Shown: positions 28,001 through 33,552 of the stretch, piece by piece
How the letters are laid out: each line of letters starts with the position of its first letter
Numbering within the stretch: position 1 is the stretch's first letter
Virus record (IMG/VR): IMGVR_UViG_3300042568_000857
Span: 1-61,843 of that record
Origin: a virus
Lineage: Duplodnaviria > Caudoviricetes
Length of the DNA: 61,843 nucleotides
Direction: 5' to 3' (one strand)
The notes under the pieces: generated by a model
The model's input: the letters and a program-made list of their open reading frames with translations, nothing else
Told to the model about the DNA's origin: nothing
The model's database searches: none
Position numbers and translations under genes: made by a program

Positions 28001-28175
28001 CTAATGTGCCTGGCTCTTTCTTGGCCGAACTGGCGCGGCTAGTGGTCCTGTACCCCATTCGGCTTTGGGGCTGGCCTTGGCGGGCGTAGTCGAGTGCCGC
28101 TGGGTAGTTCCCAGGGGTTTCGCTCCATTGTTGTAGGCGACGGGGGTTGCGTAAAAGATCGGAGAGGCCGGGCAT
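10059..28175 (-). CDS. Giant polyvalent virion/ejection protein (6038 aa)
   Basis: InPase-like GNYQKGH..IEN..HYGYI (~24030-24420); HEFIH metallopeptidase (~22810); CEWC..ECITH Zn ribbon (~20700-20800); beta-clamp-like (~18640-19240); adenine MTase FFPTP/LEPSAG/NPPF (~14760-15250); two ART-like modules; C-terminal FPFQRTPTN..RYEP..DKSFLQG internal-virion-type domain. Confidence 0.85.
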   Translation of the reverse strand: MPGLSDLLRNPRRLQQWSETPGNYPAALDYARQGQPQSRMGYRTTSRASSAKKEPGTLETGEYIEQIELPSGKLVKPATPSGRLVKAPGKSNLYLDPTTGEPYNADPSQPTGLRSAWNNARQVTKDGKVFKTISGVGEREIGVDPKVAEDATKAAAKREAENRRLAMAREKRPYNIDRVTGEPVPLQTDEEWAAAKQAKAAKLDESARVKRLKDQADVIDLEADRISLTAPKPAKEDEEAFNAAESALSQFAAGQDMEETAAKYAAAPATDEAGQQAKAAAENYLAYKDKVKPAKEAEKKVQELKLRALDIKEQIINPQKWKAGKTASLAALPDDDLVAEVKAQADIINEQEEQAVGTLDTITKGRNAIVAELNSFNEEFQSQAEQGLTAEEMAALDIQKARLEQSLADYDEHNGEAKAESDAALKAAADRRDVLAVAGTELEGRAAKQAEAAGQAKAKAETLAKAKPLYEGWAKGLYSDDWRTEEETPRLAQEAAKAGLDVASAKEALQTYRQLDWSNPRRDAKTGQPIAEEVRTLPDGNVTVNPTMWGDAEAYKKAVEASQGTPEGKAKALKAFPKLQEIHAEKAVEILSQSANIPGADNFMAWRERKIEEDQATQGKLGFARQSPAKQAIAYMEEMKNRSWFRKAGEQVGLGLLAGFQDIATQALGVGAMVTGSETLADLAAANTENTQSVVGAQNLEGSDTDYALRVMGMGARMTPAVAAMIAGAGAVGGGLGTAAVLAGGQTAGSMFADLYRTAKEDAGLSHGEAWRKAALPAALAGVISGLITKGMGPTGLERIFSDKAMQETARNTFKGLLGQFVKGAAEELPEEIADEYFTTILQESAASADPVATFKNFANTLPELAGVTALMGGAGALMQARRQAGTEGPGMAPPPEGEAPAMPVQPRPAGPAPTPAPETPTEQDPIEAAAVAGLVAPKRPNPIEAAAQAGLVAPIRPRPQDVAAAAEAGLTAPTAISKAIANQIAKFNPTGATPLPQSVAATAKRTGRPPAAVARHAAAGVVKIAQGQSLESLDIEEQEALGFVNKGGKITPDTKVTPLVYLYKDKPVLRNAAAEWLTDEAQEGLAAMVNLTEAERKAQIDAEEAKPAKKKAGQAKPAKAESTPQDSEVVITGGSLPSNTGANPVPATIQTPEPAPANEQDITPNADTQVGEAGPTEDGRQSQGGISSLETAPPQEAPPEPAPTGLSPAQEARATPEQKARAAKKAGKAKPPAAPVDQAAGQAATSSNNTLPEPTEAQKDAGNYQKGHTTIAGLNISIENAAGTKRRPEWGNLADHYGYIKGSIDNTGEQADVFIKPGTPKDYAGPVFVVTQNDPKTGKFDEFKSIIGYATPAEAEAAYRSNYTPDWKGFGGIQQMSLDEFKAGLADMTVQEKAQTQSRPQGGQTEEAGVSNVAPGEGSISPATATSLPQEPAQASQKEASQLVPAAKPPEQMTPEEYVEAKKPELEDVAVLEREFNDLPKDSNRRPRAERAIRSAREDNKAKEQRWKEDKGMWDRKHRRFIGDATEAQKPVSASAVDAYGIKLPEGYTREGDLYVYRPAPSPAPASQPAGQAEAEAADWTESDYQKSELLEREARRTDSPERLAEILKQSAGLPSEGRIANEVANRRIASDETFEAAAANVEANKMVQPTYWQAIRTKRQAQPAQPPRPATPEGRAEAALAEYEAEVRKALVGKPSKAAKDLAARKLDLAKRLRARLKAMAGAVDFDVYAKDLRAKSGELEVKPVGRKGSILFINPEKLINRLTAKHATTEAGREAMDVFILHEFIHKAAIGNMDGAKIIGLYNLLTPEAKAASKALYLADSGLTDFQQEGTAGKEFAAAHEWFAQLVEARLRGKISNQAEIEASQDPAFRDRLMALLRDFVAQLRDIAKLVTDKAEAARIEAEADAVQAIVADMATKAGLEIQTKDDKAAFYISEIRPTNRGQSIFEVGVDKDGDGRSERELRRSFRTLDEAMAYGESHGIRNATPKPWALIGNTHVTRKGDANITVQGKPGAYEVIDGAHTRKFQTLRDVRGYLDTHIFEGSDAYADQIAALPADEVAEMRVELEASDIFTLKAEAKKAGIELDKKATKPQVIDALMANAAQAKAGLEIQAGPEAAPQAAAKPASPDEALKVIDAAIRRYDERSRPYEGGQGIAVGAENANDRIAADALMSMKRAVRDGKDIDEALKIAIADAHEMVRNHNRKRPKDINWQRWEGTADSILTMTAANAKSAKPAASQPAPQAEPAQARQTDEADKALAEAFTGLFLPPSNQSSLRLPPQGSLEQTDLPRDRRDAMMKAASVLVDAGVKTPAELAARLDKLAPGGQLRQYSRAFWRLMTGFDSTLEEKPDWQAVYQASQAPVAGGPMGQAAAAATITKGQAEEVLKDSTLKDRPIKTYEMAVAANQVHMGTKISDWSAFPFTGEAQDGRPTQNLAGASEMQKAPTLFPNSNAQEHGNCEWCGKQPVKNFYFIKDDGKKWTLAVGSECITHFADKSGDEMAGEARQSLALATIQGITEARKTLSKEFSEIQPAGYGRTERVWRSPPARTLTDEAPDILGKITIESGAAAHSRWLNTKLEAAREWLARYAELMARPETKKRQIEWRARRIKEIETTLKLKNKPEWELASLEKKLEELRGEKAAMEGTTATPPPAVPTAADEIVARQRVEAARIKADDATAKREAAEATLAEAAPALPASVTPAQAEAVAEEVAMPYASPLAQFVGEWLGMNASQQSRVDMPQRVIRLAVNQADTEAVMQLVQDVGTKAADGQLLFNTPHQKIYNELREALRYTLRKGMGTEKDKVSTQLAALPDLTPPQTAAVAKEVAMPEPAKQAAPFDAAAAKGQKKFLLAEVAAAVKAAPKRADMTKEQKDTINDLEAQAARNWDSLSKEQREAYAGEHAATKADAERLIGYVTIEVPGDGTFTILNEKEALYRFQKKADKFPTTQARDDLPAKPTAQAPTAVPALKKAKTTADVVAAMFPMVSTDTTRGEGLQKVKGEGAYLWATNGRFAVRVEHENGGGKGQEAIVYDEKGNAQPWPEGEQNPTMEAIIPDDKAFTPYTLDTARWFSLMSQARAVIKDLPGETGTASKAVSLYRNPDGSLGSFASDVNRGDYAHNIQPEAQILAAYNPDYFQTILRVARNLGNEQIELRIQDDISPATLRAGNALFVLMPMRLNADTAPKATKPATPPPPTQAEPETPRPRIVGPHAITMNDVSDAYKLTDTEIDTAAAPVVDALKALATDITRLDKAGFPIRGGSVYTEAISGSKFTPAQLAAARIYAQRNNASSAIVDAIESAQGDWAARQAPPVTAEASPAAEPPAQPGQTREEVAEAARAFAAQDPSIPPPAPDDLETLQALRDRANHKPYKPDKLTPARLAVGIRAGWVTKTKEAKLTEKGSSQLSEWQQQQSAHDGALGALSDKLVDEAVSKWDRENDPTSWEAINAAKQAAAQPGQEAAPPAEPASIGQENVNAKHSREWSEVSTEGTMSNPRGTLRAAAIKSKTPSAPWYYQGDIRQLAFEQKAIVGGQSAATPEGAQTLKEYSAAVKDGWSYTNVKAGSYGTVYVFRKGDMVLTNAGAAALTDSTMKRPEDVPEGRGGSESNMTTRLAQYSARFVEWLQTLPESTLNSPVALSTKIRNDVLFKWVRIREPDQKPLEWRLTYLKEDGKADVQFFAPSLDELMKKAINFAVIERDMPFLERDRGYGYPEFKDAATVSEALAANGFAKPSQPAQAPAPEGQGGQVQPITGFDSARAFIAQLRKGEVTAEQVRTAWAQLKAQRPAILADLNKMKVDELLPMAGMSARKSDGKASIADSVLSTLDLYFNPDDSISYSYGGDFQTNKDNAMDEKVAKWTDEMIVEQAKARREAAEASKAAKEKALTNPETADEWDRFVWSTGRKAMSAEEVKEVLKLKSSQARNEAVRKKGESILTPEQLAAYDAVRGIDRKAQEQARTEAKSRVYGVNTGVEADIIETKHTQKGHDLFVVKLSERVERPVYDNLNAASKKLGGYYSSYSKGGAVPGFQFTSRAAAENFIAVSKGETVDQKEQIQERQEAKKSATASRLTAVADALDAKADGILNADRKTNTAKRAREAAGQEATARGMKAMAATMRNLAAAMESGEATHLDGVRMGTHVETLDGMARGAMSYWIRDRKMGMMEREKTEAGGPTAEMMDATRIPYPYLDKSTLMDLVAKGRETPGAKLLAERVAKIRMNENEGQAVTLRTDSELDDVKELAQKVTERGKPVWDTIKWKYETYDRLKAMGLTNLPSLRAALREFLQYRGQAAKEDPIKKMERELVGMKLPGFFPTPRAVIDEMVGIAGIEPGMKVLEPSAGKGDIAEAMQEAGAEVDAIELSSRLRDILTAKGVNVIDNDFTGVEPEPKYDAVVMNPPFENGQDIEHVEHAYKFLKPGGKLVAIMSAGPFYRQDKQATAFREWLDSVGGSHEAMPEGSFAGSDAFRQTGVRTEMVTITKPADEGQPAGLGLPPAGQAVTPAQDAEYLAAVAAGDLAKAQAMVDEAARKAGYDNPKVFRAETDDFDRYDMTIKKRGQSEEGVIFWTTNELVADSYMQDAKRKVSAYLKYNDPMVFDAGGSVKDRSFSKWVGWAQEDGNDAIVIRNVIDPLRLPWDKGNTGNELKGTLVGVFTPSQIKSADPVTRDESGEVIPLSERFNQQSNSILRNPPAPEGGPAASQEASQPEADEEADPDLAAFMAEQQRLAEEEAAAREALRNDPDAIDAMQASGKMSGRNLSKQFEYPEARAVYQALTAARDELGGPETVQLDKLRKWAKETFESDPEKYVQWAADMAEESKLLDVDEQAVLGQTFQFLTREARLTGDKNIRALLNKVGNYYLDTGTRLAQAMSARRDPLESPQERWTKALDIVFGPSEAVRRKLRILPTQAGKARRIASLEAQLAEVQGSRRADIEAALKTARAQETQEELLAKDDAESEKIKKAVLKNMGVTEDDLMLSGTDRVALQSAILDLPAVKEGLDAYKGKDNDGYNIMRLAFRGFSDEHIANALNLNQDDVGKFIHDATAAIIRPAVAAQVKAGTGFGGLIKAGFARLKKAVGLGLPPRQAGQAALDKEYMDAVEAGDMEKAQRMVDEAASRAAYGETVFHGTAAKEAFTVFKDYLPNFFTTSEEYATGYTGKGGGKGRVLKLFFKSSKPLDTRTPSGRKVFNEEFLPWVRAKGWQKDRFGEGAELPENELVDFTKADLLFPFLKHLQRSGDTRFDSYLVDERFGDYPPSFVPINPSQIKSADPVTRDESGQVIPLSERFNPASDSILRLPPKPIEAQPALLGGKRQTVADVTSEVNRVMAYALQSAKARNSGKLMSKVVMTPSGQRVRVFVPFDPDDMANYYAFAREYTAAKASAFDKVYEYWINWPLLSGPQTQVANITGNAAQVAWHYTGQRLAEATLNLAYQDPNAPQFREFKHILKGFWLGIGPAFEMARQTFLTEGDTIRHKYLGQPLEIDVVDGDLDKVGNIRASVGGQAGRISRLPGRVLRFTDAFFKTAIMYAEASAVAYRRAHVEAKRQGLKGQARAAFIDTEIANTLNDTSSAVWGDVMKTAEDLLFQGNNSATEFVDTVLGGYKGIKDLEKLLAEAEAKGDSDAVAELNKRIRARKFIGSLMRWIFPFQRTPTNIVRTGIKKAGGSAISLLYGLTRAGWLAMGKDGVPMIKSYPKAMQIKDASETLLAGLGWLALASMLEGDDNDDEKPVLLVGTRSHSLKERAATDQFLRKYGGENSIVWQDGKGKVLGSLPFGRYEPAATTLTTWIDAYRNYQEVKRLKSQGENASYSTYMLSSLVSSMEDKSFLQGFANAMQFVRDVEEKRENPDQSAGVKMLMNNVIPNLIKQPLRNMDDVLRERTTAGPGYAALPNPTIAPKLPVFAAQPKISTTGERLPKAFTPPARLLFQANTKVTPQPDALLYRANRLHPTKRWSPQPLQRDDYTADPPGKAKPVPITDPAKKRQFAELAGRLYAANAAKVTAKAMPSEKATPGESLIKAFKKAREDAMAAARAQAHAMGLHKATATP
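12364..12410. repeat. 47-bp direct repeat, copy 1 (end of ART-like module)
   Basis: CCGGACTCGTCGCGGGTTACGGGGTCGGCGGATTTGATCTGGGATGG, identical to 14182-14228. Confidence 0.9.
14182..14228. repeat. 47-bp direct repeat, copy 2
   Basis: Identical to 12364-12410; encodes PSQIKSADPVTRDESG. Confidence 0.9.
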
Positions 28176-28181
28176 TCCAGA

Positions 28182-28210
28182 GGATTACCTGATAACGGCG
28201 CGGGTGTCAA
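28182..28210 (-). promoter_or_regulatory. Sigma70-like promoter of the giant gene (near-leaderless)
   Basis: TTGACA-N17-TAATCC ending 6 nt before the ATG. Confidence 0.55.
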
Positions 28211-28287
28211 TTGTACATCACCTGTGCAGATACACGAGCCTTGCCAAAGGCTTCGGCCAGCGGACCAGCATTTTGGGCAAAGTGGTT

Positions 28288-28833
28288 TCATAGATGCCGC
28301 CAAACATATCTGCGCAAGATGTTTCCAATCGTGGACTGTGATACATTAAACTGCTTAGCAAGCTGACGTTGCGAAAACCTCTCACTGGAAGGTGAACGTA
28401 TTGCTATAACTTGATCGGAAGTGAGTGTAGTACAACCATGATCCTCGCCACGGCATAGTTTTTCTGGCTTTGTATGGCTTCCATCACGCTTTTTTGCGGC
28501 CATATCACGCATATTTTCCTTGTGGCTACCCAAGAAAAGGTGAGATGGGTTTACACAGGCCGGATTATCGCAGCGATGGCAGACGCAAAGGTTAGTATTT
28601 TCTCCATTCTTAATAACCCACGCAATACGGTGCGCTTGGAGTAATTTAATCCCAACTCTCATTTGCCCATACCCTTTTCGATCTCCACTCGCCATCCATA
28701 TCCAGCACGGGCTTTCCATGTGTGGCTGAGTTGGTCCGTCTTTGTTGATCTTAGCCCAAAAATTCGCCTCTTGGGCGGGCGTGAGCTTGATTTCGTTGCG
28801 TGCCAATGGCACGGTAGCAGTAGCTTCGTTCAT
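28288..28833 (-). CDS. HNH homing endonuclease copy 2
   Basis: [53 protein letters not shown]; C-terminal HTH. Confidence 0.92.
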   Translation of the reverse strand: MNEATATVPLARNEIKLTPAQEANFWAKINKDGPTQPHMESPCWIWMASGDRKGYGQMRVGIKLLQAHRIAWVIKNGENTNLCVCHRCDNPACVNPSHLFLGSHKENMRDMAAKKRDGSHTKPEKLCRGEDHGCTTLTSDQVIAIRSPSSERFSQRQLAKQFNVSQSTIGNILRRYVWRHL

Positions 28834-28851
28834 AGTCGTATATGGATTGAG

Positions 28852-28922
28852 GTTAGCGCCACCGTCCTGCTGAATACAGGCGGTGGCGTGTTCATGCATA
28901 CACCAATGCGCGGCTTAATCAA
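28852..28922 (-). promoter_or_regulatory. HNH-2 leader: promoter, hairpin, CTAAC
   Basis: TTGATT-N16-TATGCATG; stem CGCCACCG-CCTG/CAGG-A-CGGTGGCG (28857-28888); CTAAC. Confidence 0.7.
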
Positions 28923-28944
28923 GCCCAAACAGCCGGGCCATGTC

Positions 28945-29427
28945 CTACTTCACAACCAGCGTCCCACGACGCCTTGCCTTGCGGGCCATGTCCATCAGCC
29001 CGGCGGGCTCGGTCATGGCGACCGTCTCGGCCACCTTCTGGCCTGCCGGGCGGGCCATGCTCATGGGTGTAGAGCGGGCGGGCTTCTTGGGGGTGTAGGC
29101 GGTGGGGGCGGTGTAATCGGCGCGCTTTTTCCGAGTGATTGTTCCGGCATTATCCATTGCAACATCGGAGCCCATGTCTGCGGCCTCTTCGTTGTAGGTG
29201 TCCTTGGTTTCCTCAAAGGTGCCCTCATGCTTGGCTTTAGCAACACGCTGGGCGCGCTGCCGGGCAGCTTGGATGCTGCGGCCATCTTCGTAAAGATGGT
29301 CTTGAGATTCGTAAAGGCGTTGGTTTGCCCTGGCCCTAGCCTGATCTGCCCCGCCTTGGGCTAGGCGGGAGTAGCCAAGGATCTGGCGGCGGCCTTTGCT
29401 ATTGTAGCCTTCGGCGTCGTATTTCAT
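28945..29427 (-). CDS. Hypothetical, possible internal virion protein
   Basis: Helical, charged ORF between terminase and giant protein. Confidence 0.6.
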   Translation of the reverse strand: MKYDAEGYNSKGRRQILGYSRLAQGGADQARARANQRLYESQDHLYEDGRSIQAARQRAQRVAKAKHEGTFEETKDTYNEEAADMGSDVAMDNAGTITRKKRADYTAPTAYTPKKPARSTPMSMARPAGQKVAETVAMTEPAGLMDMARKARRRGTLVVK

Positions 29428-29984
29428 TAGCGTCCGATCTTGGGGGCTGAGATTGGTTTGCGGGCTGATCCTGCCGCCGGGTTGCGAGCAAGGCTGGCTT
29501 GGTTAGCGGCAATCTGCTGCTGTAGGCGGAGATTTTCTGGATCGGCGGCAACGCGGGCCTGCGCCAAGCCCATCTGGGCCTTTTTGCGGGCGGCTGCATT
29601 GGCGGCGGCAAGGCCTCCTGTAGCCTGATTTAGCGTCATACCACGACGGCCAGAGCCTCCTCGGGCGATACCTCCGCCGGGCTGGCGCTTGCTTCCGGCT
29701 TGGCTGAGGGCGTACTGGAAGGCAGTTTGCCCGGCTGCCCGGTTCTGTTCGGCTTCGTAGTCCTGGGCGTCGGCCTCGACCTCGGCGGTAGCAAGGTTGG
29801 TCTGGGCGGTGAGTTGGCCTTTGAGTTGGGCGAGCCCCTGTTGCTGCAACTGTGCCCAGAACCGCTTCCCCTCGGGGCTGGCTGAGTCCACCCACCTGCC
29901 TGAAACAGGGTTAAAAACCTTCGATCCGCTGCCGGACGATTGATTGACGTTTGCTTGGTATCCGGTGCTGGTATAATCGGCCAT
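29427..29984 (-). CDS. Hypothetical, possible ejection protein
   Basis: Q/A/G-rich helical ORF coupled to the next gene. Confidence 0.6.
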   Translation of the reverse strand: MADYTSTGYQANVNQSSGSGSKVFNPVSGRWVDSASPEGKRFWAQLQQQGLAQLKGQLTAQTNLATAEVEADAQDYEAEQNRAAGQTAFQYALSQAGSKRQPGGGIARGGSGRRGMTLNQATGGLAAANAAARKKAQMGLAQARVAADPENLRLQQQIAANQASLARNPAAGSARKPISAPKIGR

Positions 29985-30001
29985 TGTGGTGAGAGTGAGA
30001 G

Positions 30002-32434
30002 TTAAAAGAGTTTTCGCCTCTGCCTCTCAAAAAGCAAGCCCGTATTTTCGTCCCCTCGATACCCTCCACCGCTGTGCTCCGGGGCCAGCCTGCCCGCCTG
30101 CATGGCTGTGGCAGCTAGGCCAAGCGTCCAGACACCAAGGGCCGCCACGTCTAGCCAGTGCTGGGCATAGCCTGACAGCACCTCAAACCCGCCTTGCTCG
30201 GTGGCGGTGATGCCGCCCATCTGCCGGAGCACGGTCGGGCACCACATCTCAACGGCCCCATCGCGCCAAAGCTCCTGCAACACTGCGTAGGCCTGTGCCC
30301 GTTCCTCGGCCCCGAACTCATGGCCGGGCTTTCTGATGGCCGTGGCCTGCCCCACCCGGCGCTCAGCTAGGCTCTGCTGCCGGGCTGCCACGCCCACGCC
30401 CTGCTCGCGTAGCTTCTCTACCGCGCCGGGGATGCTGACGACATCGGCCACCACGGGCACCATGCCGTAGTAGGTTGAGGCCATGCTTGCCCACGAAAGT
30501 AGCTTGTCCTGATTGATACCGCCCTCGTCCACACAGGCCGCCACCATCTTGGCTGGCCTTTCGGCGCTGGCGTTCCTGTCCCAGCCTGCCGCCCGCCACA
30601 CGGCCAAGGCTCCGTTGATGACGGCGACGATGTAGCGCGGGCCTTGCAATGGCGTCTCCCACACTCTTAGCCAGCCGCCTGCATCGTGCCGGGCTGCCAC
30701 ATGCGCCCAAGTCGTGCCTGCCCGGTCCAAGGCCATGAGGGTGGGCAAGTGCTCGGGTAGGCTGGCCGTGGCGGCCTGGAGGCGAGTTGGGTCGAAGTAA
30801 AGGTTAGCCATGATGCCGTTGCTTGTGTGTGGTAGATGTCCTTCCATAAACGCCTCCGAAACATACCTAGCACAATCTGAGCAATGTGAACTCCAATCGG
30901 CTACGATGTCATCCATGAACTTGTTTTCCTTCGTCGGGTCCGGCTTGCGGCGGTAGGCGGCTATGGATTCAAGTAGAAAAGCGCATTTCTTGTCGTCAAT
31001 CCAGACGGATTTCTTGAGCAGGCCGGTGAAATGGTTGATGCCCAGCCACTTGTTGCCCGTCTGCTTGAGCTGCACCACACGGCCTGACACGCCTTGAGCT
31101 TTTAGCTCAGCCTCAAACTCGGCAAAGTAGGTCTTGCCGTTCTTCTGTCTCTGCCCGGCGTCGTGTGGCAGGTAGTGAGTGCCGTAGCGGTAGCCCTTTT
31201 CTTTGAGCAGGCGCACGCGGTCGGCCACCTCGCCGCCTTCAATCTCGGCGTCTAGGTCGATGAACCGGCGTTGTTCGTGGTCGTGCTGAACGTAGAGGCA
31301 AGGCGAGTTTTCCGGCGCTCCCAAATCCCAGAAAGTATCCACCTCCAAGTCCGGCCTGTAGGCCACCTCTCCCACGCGCCCGGCGGCCTTAGCCATGCCA
31401 AGGGCGGCCCCCCAGATTGAGCCCTCAATGTTGGCGTTCCAACACTCATGTATGTTTGTCGGGTAAATAAACTGTGCCTCATGGTGGTAGATGTCCAAGG
31501 CCTCCTCCTGATACCAGTACATCTGGTCGTCATCCAGTGTGTCCTCTGTGCCTTCCAGAGCCTTGGCAAAGTAAGCCCGCACCTCTGGCCGGATCAGGCT
31601 AGGCTCGGCGCATGGCAGGCGGCGGGCGGCGATGACGTACCATGGGAAGAATAGAACGCGGGGAGTGCGGGGAGTGCATTTGTCGCGGGCAAGCGGTAGG
31701 CCGGTGTGCGGGTCGAGGCCCTTCTTAGCGATGCCCCACACGTCGCCGCTCTTGCCGCCATACCATGTACTCTCGATGATGCGGATGCCCTCGGCGGCGG
31801 CTGGCCATGCTCCGCGCAGATACTCGGCAGACATGGCCGGGTGCTTGGCGGCCAGCTCGGCCCATTCTGACATCCAGAGGATCTGGTTTGTGCCGCCTCG
31901 GGCCTTTTGACCTGCGTAGAAGGTGCTCTTGCTGGTGGCGTCGTCGCCGTGCTGGATGGTGAAGATGCCGGGCGAAAGGCTTTTTTTAATGGTCGTCCAG
32001 GCTCCTTTCAGGGCTTCGGGCAGACGCTCGAAGGCAAAGAACACTTTTTCATCTAGTTTGCGGTCAGCGTTTGGGATGTCGATGTCACAAAGCGAACACT
32101 GCACCGACGAGCCAAAAAGGATGGTGTCGAGCACGATCAAAGCAATAACCGTGCTCATGCGGACTTGGCGGGCCTTGGGCACCACTAGCGTTCGGCTGCC
32201 GTGAATGTAGATTTCCTCCAACACCACCAACTGCTGCGGCGTCGGGTGGAACTCGATAGGCTCGCCATCCTCCGAACGGATCTTGTAAATGCCGCCACAA
32301 GTCAGCCGCCAAAACGGATCACCAAAGTTAGCGAACACCTCCGCCTCATCCAGCCCTAGGCCAGCCGCCAGCCCGGCAAGGTCTGGCCCGGCTGGGCAGG
32401 CAGGCTCAGGGCTTGGCGGGCGGGCGGCTGGCAT
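30002..32434 (-). CDS. terL: Terminase large subunit with extra C-terminal domain
   Basis: KARQVRMST (Walker A-like), LWMSEWA, IIEST, FFPW, DTFWDLG, HYLPHDA, SSHCSDCARY. Confidence 0.88.
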   Translation of the reverse strand: MPAARPPSPEPACPAGPDLAGLAAGLGLDEAEVFANFGDPFWRLTCGGIYKIRSEDGEPIEFHPTPQQLVVLEEIYIHGSRTLVVPKARQVRMSTVIALIVLDTILFGSSVQCSLCDIDIPNADRKLDEKVFFAFERLPEALKGAWTTIKKSLSPGIFTIQHGDDATSKSTFYAGQKARGGTNQILWMSEWAELAAKHPAMSAEYLRGAWPAAAEGIRIIESTWYGGKSGDVWGIAKKGLDPHTGLPLARDKCTPRTPRVLFFPWYVIAARRLPCAEPSLIRPEVRAYFAKALEGTEDTLDDDQMYWYQEEALDIYHHEAQFIYPTNIHECWNANIEGSIWGAALGMAKAAGRVGEVAYRPDLEVDTFWDLGAPENSPCLYVQHDHEQRRFIDLDAEIEGGEVADRVRLLKEKGYRYGTHYLPHDAGQRQKNGKTYFAEFEAELKAQGVSGRVVQLKQTGNKWLGINHFTGLLKKSVWIDDKKCAFLLESIAAYRRKPDPTKENKFMDDIVADWSSHCSDCARYVSEAFMEGHLPHTSNGIMANLYFDPTRLQAATASLPEHLPTLMALDRAGTTWAHVAARHDAGGWLRVWETPLQGPRYIVAVINGALAVWRAAGWDRNASAERPAKMVAACVDEGGINQDKLLSWASMASTYYGMVPVVADVVSIPGAVEKLREQGVGVAARQQSLAERRVGQATAIRKPGHEFGAEERAQAYAVLQELWRDGAVEMWCPTVLRQMGGITATEQGGFEVLSGYAQHWLDVAALGVWTLGLAATAMQAGRLAPEHSGGGYRGDENTGLLFERQRRKLF

Positions 32435-32682
32435 TAGGCGTATTCGAGAGCAAGAATCAATTCAAGCTCATGGATGGCTTTACGGATGTCCTCGGCCTTG
32501 CCTTTGGCTCTGTGGCGGCATAGGCGCTTGATGACGCAGCCCTCTAGGAAAGTGAGCTTGTTGGCGGTGATGAACTCAACTGGCTGAATTGCCAGCGTGG
32601 CGTAGTGGCTGCCGCCCTCTTGCCTGCCTAGCGGCGGCTTGGCGGCCCCGGCTTGGCCTTTGGGGTCGGTGCCCGTAATCAT
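32434..32682 (-). CDS. DUF3310 (SaV-like) protein
   Basis: QEGGSHY..IQPVEFI..FLEGCVIK..R...K...EDIRKA.H. Confidence 0.85.
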   Translation of the reverse strand: MITGTDPKGQAGAAKPPLGRQEGGSHYATLAIQPVEFITANKLTFLEGCVIKRLCRHRAKGKAEDIRKAIHELELILALEYA

Positions 32683-33512
32683 GCCTGCACCTCCATTGGC
32701 GTGGCGGCCAAGACAAAGAAGCCCGGCTTGTATGGGTGTGGCCCATACTCGGCTAGGGACTTGAACCTCTCGGCAAAGGCGGTCTGGAACTTGGCGATGA
32801 TTTCGGGTGAAAGCTCGCCATCGAACTCCATGCCGAACACGCCACGCTTGACCAGCGAGGCCTTGATCATGTCGGCGTGCTCCTCCAGCCCGGCCTCGAT
32901 GGTGGCCCAGGCCAAGGCCGGGTCGTCCGGCAGGGCCTCAGGCTCTGACTGGGCGGCCATGACCAGCGGGCGGGCACGTCCATGCTGGCCCATGACGGCT
33001 TGGAAGACGGGGGCGGGGTGGCGCGTAGCGTGGTCGTGGCAGAAGGCCAGGATGCGGCGGGTGAGCTGGGGGATGCGAGCGCCCTCGCCTTTGTCCCAAA
33101 GTAGGCGGGAAAATGGGCAGGCGGCATAGACGGGGTGCTCCTCAAAGCCTTCATTGGCGGCGTAGCGGGGCAAGGGCCGAGTCCAGGCGGCGGCTAGGGG
33201 GCTTGGCATGTCGATAGCGATCACAGGGATGGCTGGTCCGTCGGGCTCCACGGGCACGGCCATGAGCAGGGCCGAAATGCGGCCATCTAGGCAGGCACGG
33301 GCGAAGTCATCCTCTACAATGGTCTGCTTGGCCTCGGCCCTCTCGCCTGCCAAGGGCAGCGCCAACTTTCGGGGAATCGCCATGAAGGCGGCAGGCTTGC
33401 CTGTCTTGGCCCGGCACTGGCGGGCCATGTAGGCCAGAACTTCGAGCAGGCTGGTGTCGGGTGGCAAAGGGTGGAACTCTTCGGCGGGCTGGGTGTCTGG
33501 TGTGTCGGGCAT
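32679..33512 (-). CDS. Hypothetical protein
   Basis: 277-aa ORF with upstream TTGCCA-N17-TAGGCT. Confidence 0.65.
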   Translation of the reverse strand: MPDTPDTQPAEEFHPLPPDTSLLEVLAYMARQCRAKTGKPAAFMAIPRKLALPLAGERAEAKQTIVEDDFARACLDGRISALLMAVPVEPDGPAIPVIAIDMPSPLAAAWTRPLPRYAANEGFEEHPVYAACPFSRLLWDKGEGARIPQLTRRILAFCHDHATRHPAPVFQAVMGQHGRARPLVMAAQSEPEALPDDPALAWATIEAGLEEHADMIKASLVKRGVFGMEFDGELSPEIIAKFQTAFAERFKSLAEYGPHPYKPGFFVLAATPMEVQA

Positions 33513-33552
33513 AGTGGCTCATAGCCTAGCCTCGGCTAGCCAGTTTGGCAAC

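Noticed and set aside
10200-28100. Many plus-strand and alternate-frame ORFs over the giant gene and other long CDSs
   Set aside because: Shadow ORFs expected in GC-rich DNA; no motifs or start context.
28288-28833. HNH genes as intron- or intein-encoded
   Set aside because: All five lie between intact genes, and flanking space is too short for group I intron cores.
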